Part shown: piece by piece, positions 21,211 to 33,220 of the stretch
How positions within the stretch are numbered: position 1 is the first letter of the stretch
Layout: each line of letters begins with the position of its first letter
Assembly (NCBI GenBank): GCA_963813715.1
Contig: CAWFAK010000005.1
Location: 960,001-1,024,000 of the forward strand
Direction of reading: 5' to 3'
DNA from: an uncultured Planctomycetaceae bacterium
GTDB taxonomy: Bacteria > Planctomycetota > Planctomycetia > Planctomycetales > Planctomycetaceae
DNA: 64,000 nt
Notes under the pieces: model-generated
What the model saw: the letters and a program-made list of their open reading frames with translations, nothing else
Database searches by the model: none
Told to the model about the DNA's origin: nothing
Position numbers and translations under genes: made by a program

Positions 21211-24200
21211 ATGCGCTTGACCTCGTGGTTGGATTCTTTCGCCCTTAAAGCTCGGAAGTCCAGCGCCCGCCGCGCTCGCATGTCCGTCAGCGCCCGTCGC
21301 TCACGGCCGGCTGTCTGCCGACTCGCGGCCGCGGAACACCTCGAAGATCGTACGCTGCTTTCGGTCACGCCGGCAGCCACCGGCGTAGGAACGGGTACCG
21401 GTTCCGGCAGCGGGTCAGGATCAGGCTCAGGTTCAGGATCGGGTTCCGGCGGCACCACGGGCGGGTCGGGCGGTTCCACGTCGCCCACGCTCATCGTGAG
21501 TGCGGGACAGAACGCGGCAACCACGGTCAACGCAACGGCGATCCTGGCCGGCACGGTCACCTACAACGATCCGTCGGCCACGCAGCCGCTGACGACCACC
21601 TGGAGCATGGTCAGCGGTCCTGGCTCCGTTACCTTCGAGAAGCCCAACGCGCTCAACTCCAACGTCCTCTTCAGCACGCCGGGAACCTACGTGCTGCAGC
21701 TGTCGGCGACCGACGGTATCTTGTCGTCGCAGAGCCAGGTGAACATCCTGGTCACGCCGCCGACGGCCGACGCCCCGCCCATGGTGAGCGCGGGAGCCAA
21801 CCAGACGACCACCGTCGGCGCCACGCTCAACCTGAACGGCAGCGTCAGCGACGAAAACCCGCAGACTCCGCTCACCATCACATGGAGCCAAATCAGCGGT
21901 CCAGGAATCGCCAACGCTGCGTTCGCAAATCCGAACGTTGCTGCGACCACGGCGACCTTCAGCCAGGCCGGCACCTACGTGCTGAACCTCGTGGCCACCG
22001 ACGGCACGCTCGCTTCGAATTCGACGGTCATCGTCACCGTCAATCCGTCGACCGTAAACCCGGCTCCGGTCGTCTCGGCCGGACCGAACATGACCGTGCT
22101 GCAAAATTCGCTCGTGACCCTCAACGGCTCCGCGTCGACGTCGAGCGGCACGCTCTCGACCGTCTGGCAGGTCGCGAACGCTCCGGGCGGAACGTACTTC
22201 GTCAATCCGAACTCGCCGACCACGCAGGCTCAGTTCAGCACGCCCGGCATCTACCAAATTCGCCTGGTGGCGTCGAACGGAACCTACACCAACAGCAGCT
22301 ACACCACGATCACCGTGAATCCCTCGACCACGGTCGCCAGCAACTTCCAGCAGGGGACCAACGGTTACACCGGCGCGAGCGACTCGTACATCAGCTCGGC
22401 CAGCACGAACACGAATTACAGCACGAGCACCACTCTCAACGTCCGCTATAGCGCCTCTGAAGAGGCCCTGCTCGAGTGGAACCTGTCCTCGCTTGCCACC
22501 ACGAGCACGGTGACGTCGGCCACGCTGACGCTGGATGTGACGACCGCCGCCAGCGGCGTGACCTACAACATTTACGCCCTCACCGGCCCCTGGACCGCCA
22601 GCCAGGTCACCTACACCAGTTCCGCCACGGGAACGAAGTGGCCCACCCTGGGGGCCACCGGCACGTCGTCCGGTTCGACCGCCATCGGGAGCTTCACTGC
22701 CTCGTCGACCGGTTTGGTGACCGTCACGCTCAATTCGACGGGTGTCGCCCTCGTCCAGTCGTGGATCGCCAACCCGGCGACCAACTACGGAATGATCATC
22801 CGCGCCGCTTCCGGCACGACTCAGCTCAGCATCGCCTCGAGCAAGTTTGCGACGGTCGCCGATCGTCCGCAGTTGAGCATCTCGACGGTGGCCTCGACCG
22901 GTGCGACCTACTCGCCGCCGCCGATCACGAACCCGACGACTTCGGCCAACGCCGCGTTCATGGGCTTTGACGGCAAGCGCGACGGCTACATGGCGCCGAT
23001 CGGCTTGGACCTCGACACGCTGTACTTCCAGTATCAGCAATGGCAGCAGAACGGCAGCCAGGGGACCTTCACCTCGAATAATTCGTTGATCATCCTCAGC
23101 GGCAGCAATGTGCTGGTGAATGTGACGTCTTCGTTCAACGTCAGCTCACTCGTCACGACGTTGCAGAGCTACGGCATGCAGGTGACGGGCGTCGCCGGCC
23201 CGGACATTTCCGGCTGGATGCCCATCAACCAGTTGCCCAACCTGGCCACGGCCGGCGGACTGAACTTCGCCCAGCCGGCCAGCTATTACCTCGCCACTGC
23301 CCCGGCTGACTCGACGCAAGGCTCTGTGGCCATCGGGGCGGCCGCGGCGCAATCGCAATTCGGCGTCACCGGCACGGGCGTGACGGTGGGCGTGATCTCC
23401 GATAGCTACAACAGCTTGGGCGGCGCCGCGACCGACGTCACGAACGGCCAGTTGCCTTCGAATGTCGACGTCCTGCAGGACCTTCCCGCGGGCGCCGGCA
23501 CGGACGAAGGCCGCGCCATGCTGCAAATCGTCCATGCCGAAGCGCCGGGCGCCAACCTGGCCTTCGCCACCGGCGACTTGGGTGACGCGTCATTCGCTCA
23601 GAATATCGAGGCCTTGCAAAGCCAGGCGGGCGCGAACGTGGAAGTCGACGACCTCGGTTACTTCGACGAGCCCTTCTTCCAGGAAGGCATCATTTCGCAA
23701 GCCGTCGACTCAGTTGCGTCGAAGGGTGTCGCGTACTTCTCCGCGGCCGGCAATGACGGTCAGGGCCAGGCCTGGCAAGGTGCCTTCGTCAACTCCGGCC
23801 AGACCGGCCTGTTCTCGGGCGGCACGCTGAACACCTTCGGCACCGGCGCCAACGCCCAGTTCCAGCAAGTGACTATTCCGGTTGGCAGCGAGGTCACCCT
23901 CGACTTCCAGTGGAACCAGCCGTTCGCCTCGGCCGGCGGCGCCGGCTCCGCCAGTCAGATGGACATCTTCCTGCTCGACTCGCCGAGTCTGAGCGCGCTG
24001 AACCTCGTCGGTGAGGGCGTCAATAACAGCGTCGGCGGCGACGCCATCCAGTTGGTCAGCTTCTTCAACGACGGCAGTTTCGGCACCTCGACGTTCTACA
24101 TCGCCATTGAGCACGACTCGGGCCCCACGCCGACCGTCATGAAGTACATCGGCTTGACAGACGGTCTGCCCTTCCAGATCGATACATTTAACACTCAGAC

Positions 24201-27200
24201 CGGAACGACGTTTGGTCACGCGACGGCTCTGGGCGCCGCCGGCGTCGGCGCCGCGGACTTTTCCTTGACGCCTCCCTTTGGCGTCACGCCGGCGGAGGGC
24301 GAGAACTTCTCCTCGAGCGGTTTCGGCACCGAGTTCCTCTTCAGTCAGAACGGCACCCCGCTGTCGAGTCCCCAAGTGCGCCAAGAGCCGATGTTCACCG
24401 GCGTCGACGGCGACTTCCTGAATGTCACGGGAACGACCGAATTCACGCCATTCTTCGGCACCTCGGCCGCCGCTCCCAGCGTGGCGGGCGTCGCCGCGCT
24501 GATGTTGCAAGAGGGGGGCGGCGCGGGAACGCTCTCGCCCACCACGATCTACTCTCTGCTGGAAAACACGGCCCAGCCGACGGTCGGAGATTCCGCCGGC
24601 TGGAACGGAAACTATGGGTTCGGCCTGGTCAATGGCGACGCGGCGGTCCAAGCCGTGCAAACCGCGCCCAAGAACGCTGTGCCCAGCGCCACCCTCTCGG
24701 TGACGAACAACCCGTTCGCCGAGAACGGCGGCACGACGCAGGTCGTGGCGACGTTGTCGAAGCCGGCCACCGCCCCGGTCATCATCAATCTGCAATTCAG
24801 CGGCACGGCGACGTTCGGCACGCAATACTCCGTCTCCGCGAGCCAGATCTTCATCGCCCCCGGCCAGACTTCGGGAAGCATCACGATCACGGGCATCGAA
24901 GATCATGCGACCACGGCGGACGAAACGGTCATCGTCAGCATCTTCTCGATTCAGAATGCGACCATCGCGGGCGGCTCGCAGTCGGTGACGATCATCCGAG
25001 CCGACGACGATGTGCCGGAGATTTTCCTCTCGGTGGCTGGGGGATTCGGCCCCAACAACAACGCGTTCGACGAAACCGGCGGTTCTCTGGAATTAGCAGC
25101 CAGCCTCACCGAGCCGTTTTCGCAGCCGCTCCTCGTCACTCTCGGCTTCTCAGGAAGCGCGATCCTGGGGACGAATTACTCAGTTGGCTCGACCACGCTC
25201 GTGATCCCGGCCGGTTCGCTCGGGGGCTTTGGTTCCAACCCCATCCCTCCCTCGGAGACCATTCTCACCGGAATCACGAACCCGATTCCGGACCTGGCGA
25301 CCGCCTCGGTCTTCATCACGATCGAAAGCGTCCAAATCGATACCGCTCCCTTTCCGATTGCGAATATCAAGGACGTTGTCGGCGGCACCACGGTCGCGGC
25401 CTTGGCGGTCGACAACTTCGTCACCAGCAACCCGACGGGGTCAAACCCGGTTGTTTCGCTGCCGACCGTCACGGGGACGACCATCAGCGACAACGGTGGC
25501 ACAGCCACGATTACCATCTCGCAATCGGTCCTTTCGCAGACTACGACGGCCGTTCAGCTCTTGTTCTCCGGAACCGGCATCAACGCTGCCAATGACTCCC
25601 TCCCGCCGAACAGTCTCGGCGGGCCCAATTACGACGTCACTGACGCCAATGGGAACGAGTTGGGCAACGGATTCGGACCTACCGGATAGCCACTTGACGA
25701 CACCGTTTTCATCGACCGGGGGACGACCAGCACCACGATCACGGTGACGGGCCTTAACAACTTCGAGGTCGCCGGAAATTACACGCTGGTGATTACGCTG
25801 GGCTCAGTCGAGAACGCCCATGCGTCGGCGACCGCCAACTCCGACACCGTCACGATCGTCAACACGAACACGCAGCCGGCGGTCACGCTGGGTATCTCGC
25901 AAAAGACGTTCACGGCGGGCGGCGAGACAATCGTCACCGCTTCGCTCCCGCCCAACACCACGACCAACGGCCAGGTCGTCGTCAACCTGTCGTTTACCGG
26001 AACGGCGACCCCGAACCTCGACTACAGCGTGACGGGAGGCTTCAATCAGCCCATTCTCGGGGCGGCCACCGATGTGATCATCATTCCGTTTGGCCAGAAC
26101 AGCGGCAGCGTGGTGCTCACCGGGCTCAACGATGACTTGAACCGCAGCGAAACGACGGTTGTGGTCGGCATCGCCAGCGTCACCAACGCCGTGGTCGCGG
26201 GCACGCCGACGGTCATGGCCAACTACGTCAATCCAAACGTGCCGGTCACCTTCTCGACAGAGAATGCCGTCACGGCCCAGGGAGGCGTCGCCGCCGTCCA
26301 GGTGTTCATGTCTCGTACGCTGCCCTTCCAGGTGAGCGTGAATTACACGATCGCGAACGGCACCGCGTTCGAAGGGGCAGAATACTTGTTCCCCGCCGGC
26401 GGCTCGCAGGGTACTCTGGTGTTCGCGCCCGGCACGACCGTGCAGACCATTTATATCGACACCATTCCGCTCGGACCGGGTCTTCCGTCGCTGCCGGCGT
26501 CAACCAATTTCAGCGTCACGCTGAGCGGCGCCTCGCTCGACGTGCCTCGCCTCGGCCGCTCCCTCGGGAGTGGGCGTCACCGTTAACCCCAACAGTAGCG
26601 TCTCCACAGTCTCGATTCTCGAAACGAGCGTGGTGAACTCCAACACGCTTGCGGTGTCGCTGCAACAGCCCAACGGCAACTCGCCTCCGGATATCGCCGC
26701 CGCCGTCGGCATGCCGACTCCCCCCCAGGGCACGACCCCGGCGATCGACGCCGAGCATTGTCGTCATGACGAACGACCAATACACGGTCTACGACTACAC
26801 CACGGGCTTCACTGTCACGCAAACCACGCTGGATGCCTTCTGGACGAGCGCCGGAATTGCGGCCACGAGCCTCACCGGCGACGCGCTCGATCCGCGGATC
26901 GTGTTCGATCCGGTGCTGCGATCGGTTCTTCGCCGTCGCCCTCAACCCGGCGGGAGCGGCCAACAACAACGTCCTGTTTGCCGTCTCGAAGACGCAAAAC
27001 GCGCTCGGAGCTTGGAACGCCTTCACGCTGCCGGTCGACCCGGTGGCCAAGCAGAATACGGCGACTGCCGTCGCCCTGGGCTTCGACACAAGCGGAATCT
27101 ACATCACTGCCGACACCCTCAATACGCTGACGGGTGCCACCGGGGAAACGGGCTTCTCGATTCCCATCGTCGACTTCAACAATGACGGGGCGGCGACGAC

Positions 27201-30200
27201 CAACTTCACGCAGTATTTCAACATTCCGTCCGGTGCCGAGTTGCAGCCCGAGAGCAATCTGAATCCGTTCGTGTCGCAGCCGGAAAGCCTGCTCTCTGGC
27301 GACGCGACCACTCCCAACGACCTGTTGAGTTTCATCATCGCAGGCGCGCAGAACCCCAACGCGGCGATTTCGTCCCCGACCGATATTCCCGTCTCGACGA
27401 TTACCAACCCGCCCAACGCTCAACAGGAAGGCACGGCCACCACAATCTCGACAGGTCTCGCCGGCTTCTCCGGAAGCATCACGCAAGTCGGCACCGATAT
27501 CTGGGCTGTGGAAACGGTCGCCGACCCGACCTCGGGCCTTTCCGATATTCGCTGGTATGAGCTGCGCGACACCAGCGGCACGCTCGCCATCGAGCAGACC
27601 GGCCTGATCAGCAGCCCGACTATCAGCTACTACAACGCGTCGGTCGCTGCGTCGAGCTCCAGGCCGGGGGCGGCGGGGATCAGGTCGTGATCGGCTTCAC
27701 CGGCTCCGATAAGAATCAGTTCGCCAGTGCCTACGCCGCGATCGGCGACACGGTCGGCACGGGCGCCAACCAAACGACAACGTTTACCGCGCCAGTCCTG
27801 CTGGCAGTCGGGGCGGGCAGCTACAACGTGCCCGTCAACGGTGCCAACGCCTGGGGCAGCTATAGCGCCACCGTGTTCGATCCCAACGTCGAATCATTCG
27901 GATCCACCGCCGGTGAGTCTGGCGCAGTAACCGGCGCCACCAATGCGTCCCCCATCGTGATTACCACCGGCTCCACCTTCGGGCTCGTGACGGGCGAGGT
28001 TGTCACAATTAGCGGCGTTGGCGGCAACACCGCCGCCAATGGAACCTTCACCATCACCGTCCTGAGCGCGACCACGTTCCAGCTCAATGGCAGCACGGGA
28101 AATGGGACCTACACCAGTGGCGGTATCTGGACTTTACCACCGAGAGCCGCCACGTTCTGGACCTTCCAGGAATTCGCTTCGGCGCCCAATGTTTGGAGCG
28201 TCGAGATGGCCGAGGTCACAGTCGCTCTGCCGCAGGCCACGCTGCCGACGGTCGATCTGAACATCAGCACAACTTCGATCGGGGAGAACCTTGGCCCAAC
28301 GGCGACGGTGATGGCAATCCTGAGCGCGCCGGCTACCGACGACGTCGAGGTCACGCTCAACTTCAGCGGAACGGCAACCGAGAACGCGCAGTACTCGGCG
28401 ACCGCCCAGACCATCTTTATCCCGGCCGGCTCTATTAGCGGCTCGATCGTCCTCAGCGGCCTGCAAGTCGACACCGAGGGCTTCCCGACGCTCACCATCA
28501 GCATTAACCAGGCCTCGCTGTTTAACGCCACGCCGGGAAACACGACCTCCGTTTCGGCGACGGTCGAAGACATTGATCCCGTGGCGGCGGGCAACATTTC
28601 CGGTGAGGTCTATAACGACCTCAACTTCTCCGGCACCCTGCAGGCGGGCGATCCGGGCATCGGCAACGTGCTGGTGTTCCTCGACAAGAACAACAATGGC
28701 ACGTTCAACGTGGCGAACGATCCGTACATCTTCACGAGTGCGGCGGGCGCGGCCCAGGGCGACTACACGTTCTTCGGCCTCGCCAGCGGCTCCGACAACG
28801 TCTTCCAAGTTCCGCCGTCATCGTTCAGCCAGACTCAGCCCGCGCCCGGCACCGGATACATTGGCATTAGTCCGCCGGCCTCCAACATCAACTTCGGCGA
28901 CGCTCAGATCACCAATCCGAACGCCAGCGTTTCGGTCAACATCCCGCAGATCACCGACGACAAGTCGAGCGGCACGCTGACGATTAAATTGGCGCAGGGG
29001 ACCGCTGTCCCCGTGGCCCTGACGATTCTCGTTGGCGGTTTGGCGCCCTTCACCGATTACACGTTGACTGGGCCGAGTGGCACCGTCACGTTGTCGGCGG
29101 CGTCGGACACCTTCGTCGCGACGATTCCGGCCGGTAAGACCTCCGTCGCGTACACGATCACGGCCAACGCCGACAGCACCAACACCGACGAAACGATCAC
29201 CTTCCGGGTGGTCAACGTCTCCAACGCCACGCTGACCGGTGCTTCACAGGTCGAGACGTCGATCGTGACTCCATCGGGCTCGCCCGCTCTGGTCATCGAC
29301 AGCCCGACGCAGCTTTCCAGCACTGGTTTGAACGCCGGGCTTCTCGTTCGGTTCGCCGACGCTGACCTTCCAGGCCGGCGACCAGCCCGACTACATGATC
29401 GAGGCCGACCTGAGCGGCAACGGCGTGCCGGACCTGGTCGTGGCGAACTCGCAAGCCAGCTCGATCACGGTGATTCTCAATCCCGCGAGCGCCAGCCCCA
29501 CGGTCAAGACGTACAGCGTCGGCCCAAATCCGACCGGCATCGTGGCGGCCGACTTCAACAACGACGGTGCATTGGACCTGGCCGTCTCCACGTCGACCGG
29601 CGTCACCATTCTCGAGAATAACGGCTACGGTGGGTTCACCTCGACGGGTTCCTACGCGGCCGGCAGCGCACCGTCGGCCGTGACAGCGGGTGACTTCAAC
29701 GGCAACGGGTTGATGGACCTCGCGGTCGCCAACGCCAACTCGAACAACGTTTCGATCCTGTATGGCAACGGCAACATGACCTTCAAGGCCGCCGTCAACA
29801 TCGCCGTCGGCTCCAGCCCGACCGATATCAAGGCGGCCAACCTGGCCAACAACGGCATCACCGATCTGGTTGTGGCCAACAACGGCTCGGCCAGCCCCGG
29901 CGTGACGGTGCTGCTGAATAACGGCAGCGGCACGTTCACGGCGACCACTTACACCGCCGGCGTGCAGCCGCACTCGCTCGCGATTGCGGACTTCACCGGC
30001 AACGGCGACCTCGACATCGCGGTCACCAACGTCGGTAACGCTCCGGATGAGCCGGGCAACATCAACACGGTGACGGTGCTGATGGGTAACGGCAAGGGCC
30101 AGTTCACCTCGGTGCCGCTGCCGCTCGCCGGTCAGCCGCTGCCCGCGGGAACGTACGCGGCCGGCCCGTCGGTCTTCAGCATCGCCGCGGGCGACGTCAA

Positions 30201-31050
30201 CGGCGACGGCCTGCCGGATCTCATCGTGGGCAACAACGGCGTCGGCAACAACTCAATCAGCATCCTGACGAACAACGGCAACGGCACCTTCGCGGCCCCG
30301 CAGCAGGTTTCGGCCGGCAGCGGCAACCTGGTCGAGTCGGTCGTCGCGGGCGACTTCTACGGCAACGGAGCCGTCGACATCGCCTCGGCCAACTCGTTCG
30401 GCACGGCCGGCGTCAACGGCGTGACGATCTTCCAGAACACCGACGTTCCCGCTTCGCTGATCTTCCACGTCTACTTGAGCCACCCGGCCACCTCGACCGT
30501 GACCGTGAACTACGCGACGCAGAACGGAACGGCCACCGCCTACACCGACTACACGCCGGTGAGCGGCACGCTCCGCTTCTCGGCGGGAACCACGGTCGAA
30601 ACGGTCGCCGTCCCCATCCTGCCGGGAGCGGGCAACAACGTCTCGGTGATCCTGCAGCTCTCGGGTGCGACCTCCAACGCTCCGATCCAGATCGGCACGG
30701 GCGTCGGCACCATCAATCCGCTGGCTCCGGCTGCCAGCTCGGCGACTGCGTCGGTCAGCAGCGGCAACCTGGTCGTCAACGATGCGACGCAGCACGACTC
30801 GCTGCAGTTCGTGCAGCTCTCGTCGGGAACGGTGGAAGTGCTCGTCAACGGCGAGGAGCTCGGCATCTACACCGGCGTGACCGGCCAGGTCCAACTGACG
30901 ACGCCGCAAGGCCTCGACAACATCTACGTCGACGAAGAGATCACGGAGGCCGGCACGGTCACCAACTCCGGTGTGACCGTCAACAGCAGCTTCGGAGACT
31001 TTATGTTCGCCGAACTCGTCAACGGCAAGAACTGGCTGCTGCAAGCCTGA
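21211..31050 (+). CDS. Giant secreted multidomain protein (~3270 aa if joined): LEPR-XLL signal, PKD-like x3, DNRLRE, S8/S53-like protease, Calx-beta-like repeats, propeller-like domain, SdrD-B, FG-GAP repeats, Calx-beta; ~6 apparent frameshifts
   Basis: EHLEDRTLLS; repeated VSAG...GTYVLQLSATDG; DSYI...LLEWNLS...NYGMII...DRPQL; GVISDS/TDEGRAM/FFGTSAAAP; ISGEVYNDLN...VFLDKNNNG; GDFNGNGLMDLAVAN repeats; VNYATQNGTATAYTDY. Composition is continuous across the ORF pieces. Confidence 0.85.
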
Positions 31051-31070
31051 GCCAGCTCGACCAAAAAACT

Positions 31071-31110
31071 CAAGCGGCCTGCCGCGTCAACGGCAGGCCG
31101 CTTGTTTGTT
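31071..31110. terminator. Intrinsic terminator, probably bidirectional
   Basis: CAAGCGGCCTGCCG-cgtcaa-CGGCAGGCCGCTTG followed by TTTGTT, with an A-run upstream. Lies between convergent genes. Confidence 0.8.
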
Positions 31111-31183
31111 ACCCGTCGAACGTCACACCGCGCGTGACTCGCACGGCGGGTGACGGCTTGGGTCGACCGTCAACGCCAACGGG

Positions 31184-31495
31184 TTACCGCCAGTGGCGGC
31201 GGTAGTAGTACGGACGCCCGTAGCGCCCGTAAACAACTACCCCCGGATTGACGACGACCGGCGCAGGCGCGACGTAAGCGGCCGACGGCGCATAGTACCC
31301 TGGCCCGCCATAGTAGCCCGGCGCCCCGTAGTAGTACGGAGCCGGGGCCGGGTACACCGGGGCGGGTCCGTAAACCGGGCCGACAGGCACGGTCACTCCC
31401 ACGCCAACTCCCACCCCGGCTTGAGCCGTCGATGGCTGGGTCGCCACCGCCAGGCCCACCAACGAAACACATCCCAACGACAACAAGGTCTTCAT
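31184..31495 (-). CDS. Small secreted Tyr/Pro/Gly-rich protein
   Basis: Signal peptide ending AQA, then Y/P/G-rich repeats. Purine-rich RBS upstream. Confidence 0.75.
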   Translation of the reverse strand: MKTLLSLGCVSLVGLAVATQPSTAQAGVGVGVGVTVPVGPVYGPAPVYPAPAPYYYGAPGYYGGPGYYAPSAAYVAPAPVVVNPGVVVYGRYGRPYYYRRHWR

Positions 31496-31721
31496 TGTCC
31501 TGCCCTTTCCTCAGTGAAGAGCCTGCGAGAAAAATTCCGCTCCTCACTTGTGATTATACCTCTGATCTCGAAGCCGGCTCGAGATCGGAAAGGTCGACCG
31601 TGAAGGATCGCGCGGAGACTCGAGGGGACGCGCGACTTCTAGAGTCTGCGCAAAGAAAGACAGGCCCCGGTCTTCAGGTAGATCGGGACCTGTCGGAAAA
31701 GTTCGCCAAAAAGGGTCGTCG

Positions 31722-32933
31722 CTATGCAGCCTGTTCGGCCGCCCACTGCGCGAGGATCTCGGCATTCATTGCCGTGAGATCTTCGCTCCACTCGAAGTCG
31801 CGCGTCACCATTTCGCGGGTGCCAATGCCGTTGCGATAGGCGGCTGCGACCACGCCCGCAGTGAGCACGGGACCCATCAGGCGCGGCAGCGGATCGGACC
31901 AGAGAAACTCGTTCGTCGAGCGCGCCCCGAAGAAATGGCGGCACCACTCGCCGGCGCCGGGGAAGCTCTTCGTATGTCGAAACAGCGTGCAGAAGAGCCA
32001 GAAGCGGAACGTGTACGAGCGTCCGCGGACGGCCTCAATGGGGGCGATCTGCGAATCGAAGTAGGCGGACGCGAAGCGGGGGTCGTCTTTGAGCAGGTAC
32101 ATGCCGCCGGTCAGCCGCGGATTGCACTCAATCGCCGCGATCCGTCCGGACGCATCTTCAATGAAGTCGAAGCCCACCTGCCCCGTGTACTTGACGGCTT
32201 CGATGAACGTGCGGACCCACTGCCACACCGCCGGCTGCTCGACGCGACGGTAAACCACGGTCGGGCCGAAGTCGTGGCAGAAATCGGTGGCGTAGGTGGC
32301 ATGCGCGGTGATTCGACCCTGATGGGCGATCGTGAACGTCGCGTAAGGCCGTCCCGGTAGATACTCCTGCGCGATCCAGGGCCGTTTGGCGGTCGGCTCG
32401 ACGCCGTCGAGCGCCTCGATCCCCTGCGGACGCACGACCGTCTGCGCGGCAAACCGCGAATAGATGGGCTTATAGACCGTGCGGCTGCCTTCGCGCTGGC
32501 CGAACACGCGCAAGAGCTCGTCACGGCTGGCGATTCGCGTCGTCGCGGGAGCGGACAAGCCCAGCTCGCGCACCTTTTCGATGAAGAGCCACTTGTCATG
32601 CAGCCCAATCAGCGTATCGAAGTTGGGTGCAAAGAGCGCGGGGCCGTCCGGGCGGGCGGCCTTCGCCTGGGCCAGATAAAACACTTCCTCGTAAATGGGC
32701 ACGATCAGGTCGACCGAGTGCCGGTCGGAAATCTCCCACACCGCGTCGAGCCACTCCGAAGTCTGGCGGGCGGGCGACGGCACGTGAAAATAACGCGAAA
32801 CAGCCGACGAATACCGGCACAATGTGTGTGGCCACGCGTCGGCGACAAGCACCCGATACCCTTCCGCCTGAAATCGCCGCGCCAAGGCCAGCGCATAAGT
32901 TCCGCGACCTGCCGTCAACAACAACGTGCGCAT
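31722..32933 (-). CDS. ATP-grasp domain protein
   Basis: Motifs LHDKWLF, VYKP, WIAQEYLPG and GFDFI...IECNPR. Confidence 0.85.
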   Translation of the reverse strand: MRTLLLTAGRGTYALALARRFQAEGYRVLVADAWPHTLCRYSSAVSRYFHVPSPARQTSEWLDAVWEISDRHSVDLIVPIYEEVFYLAQAKAARPDGPALFAPNFDTLIGLHDKWLFIEKVRELGLSAPATTRIASRDELLRVFGQREGSRTVYKPIYSRFAAQTVVRPQGIEALDGVEPTAKRPWIAQEYLPGRPYATFTIAHQGRITAHATYATDFCHDFGPTVVYRRVEQPAVWQWVRTFIEAVKYTGQVGFDFIEDASGRIAAIECNPRLTGGMYLLKDDPRFASAYFDSQIAPIEAVRGRSYTFRFWLFCTLFRHTKSFPGAGEWCRHFFGARSTNEFLWSDPLPRLMGPVLTAGVVAAAYRNGIGTREMVTRDFEWSEDLTAMNAEILAQWAAEQAA

Positions 32934-33220
32934 AACGGGCCCCAGTGCGAGTGAATCGGGATGGGAATCGGAGAGCGATTCTCAAAGAGAGTCCGGCAGA
33001 CCAGAGTTTTCGGTCTGCGGAGGGGCGACGGATGAAGGGGACGGCCGCCCGTATAAGAACCGCGATCTTCCGAAACCAGCGTTCCCGCAGAAAGGGCACC
33101 GCGATCCGTAAGAGCCCGCAGGCAGGCAGCCTTGCCGCAGTTACAGCAGCGACTCACTGGAATCGGAGGAGACTGAAGCGTGAGCGAGATGGACCGCGCG
33201 AATTGTCTCGCGCGAAAGAG

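Noticed and set aside
21385..21475. Short tandem repeat resembling a VNTR or array
   Set aside because: Encodes an in-frame Gly-Ser linker with synonymous variation.
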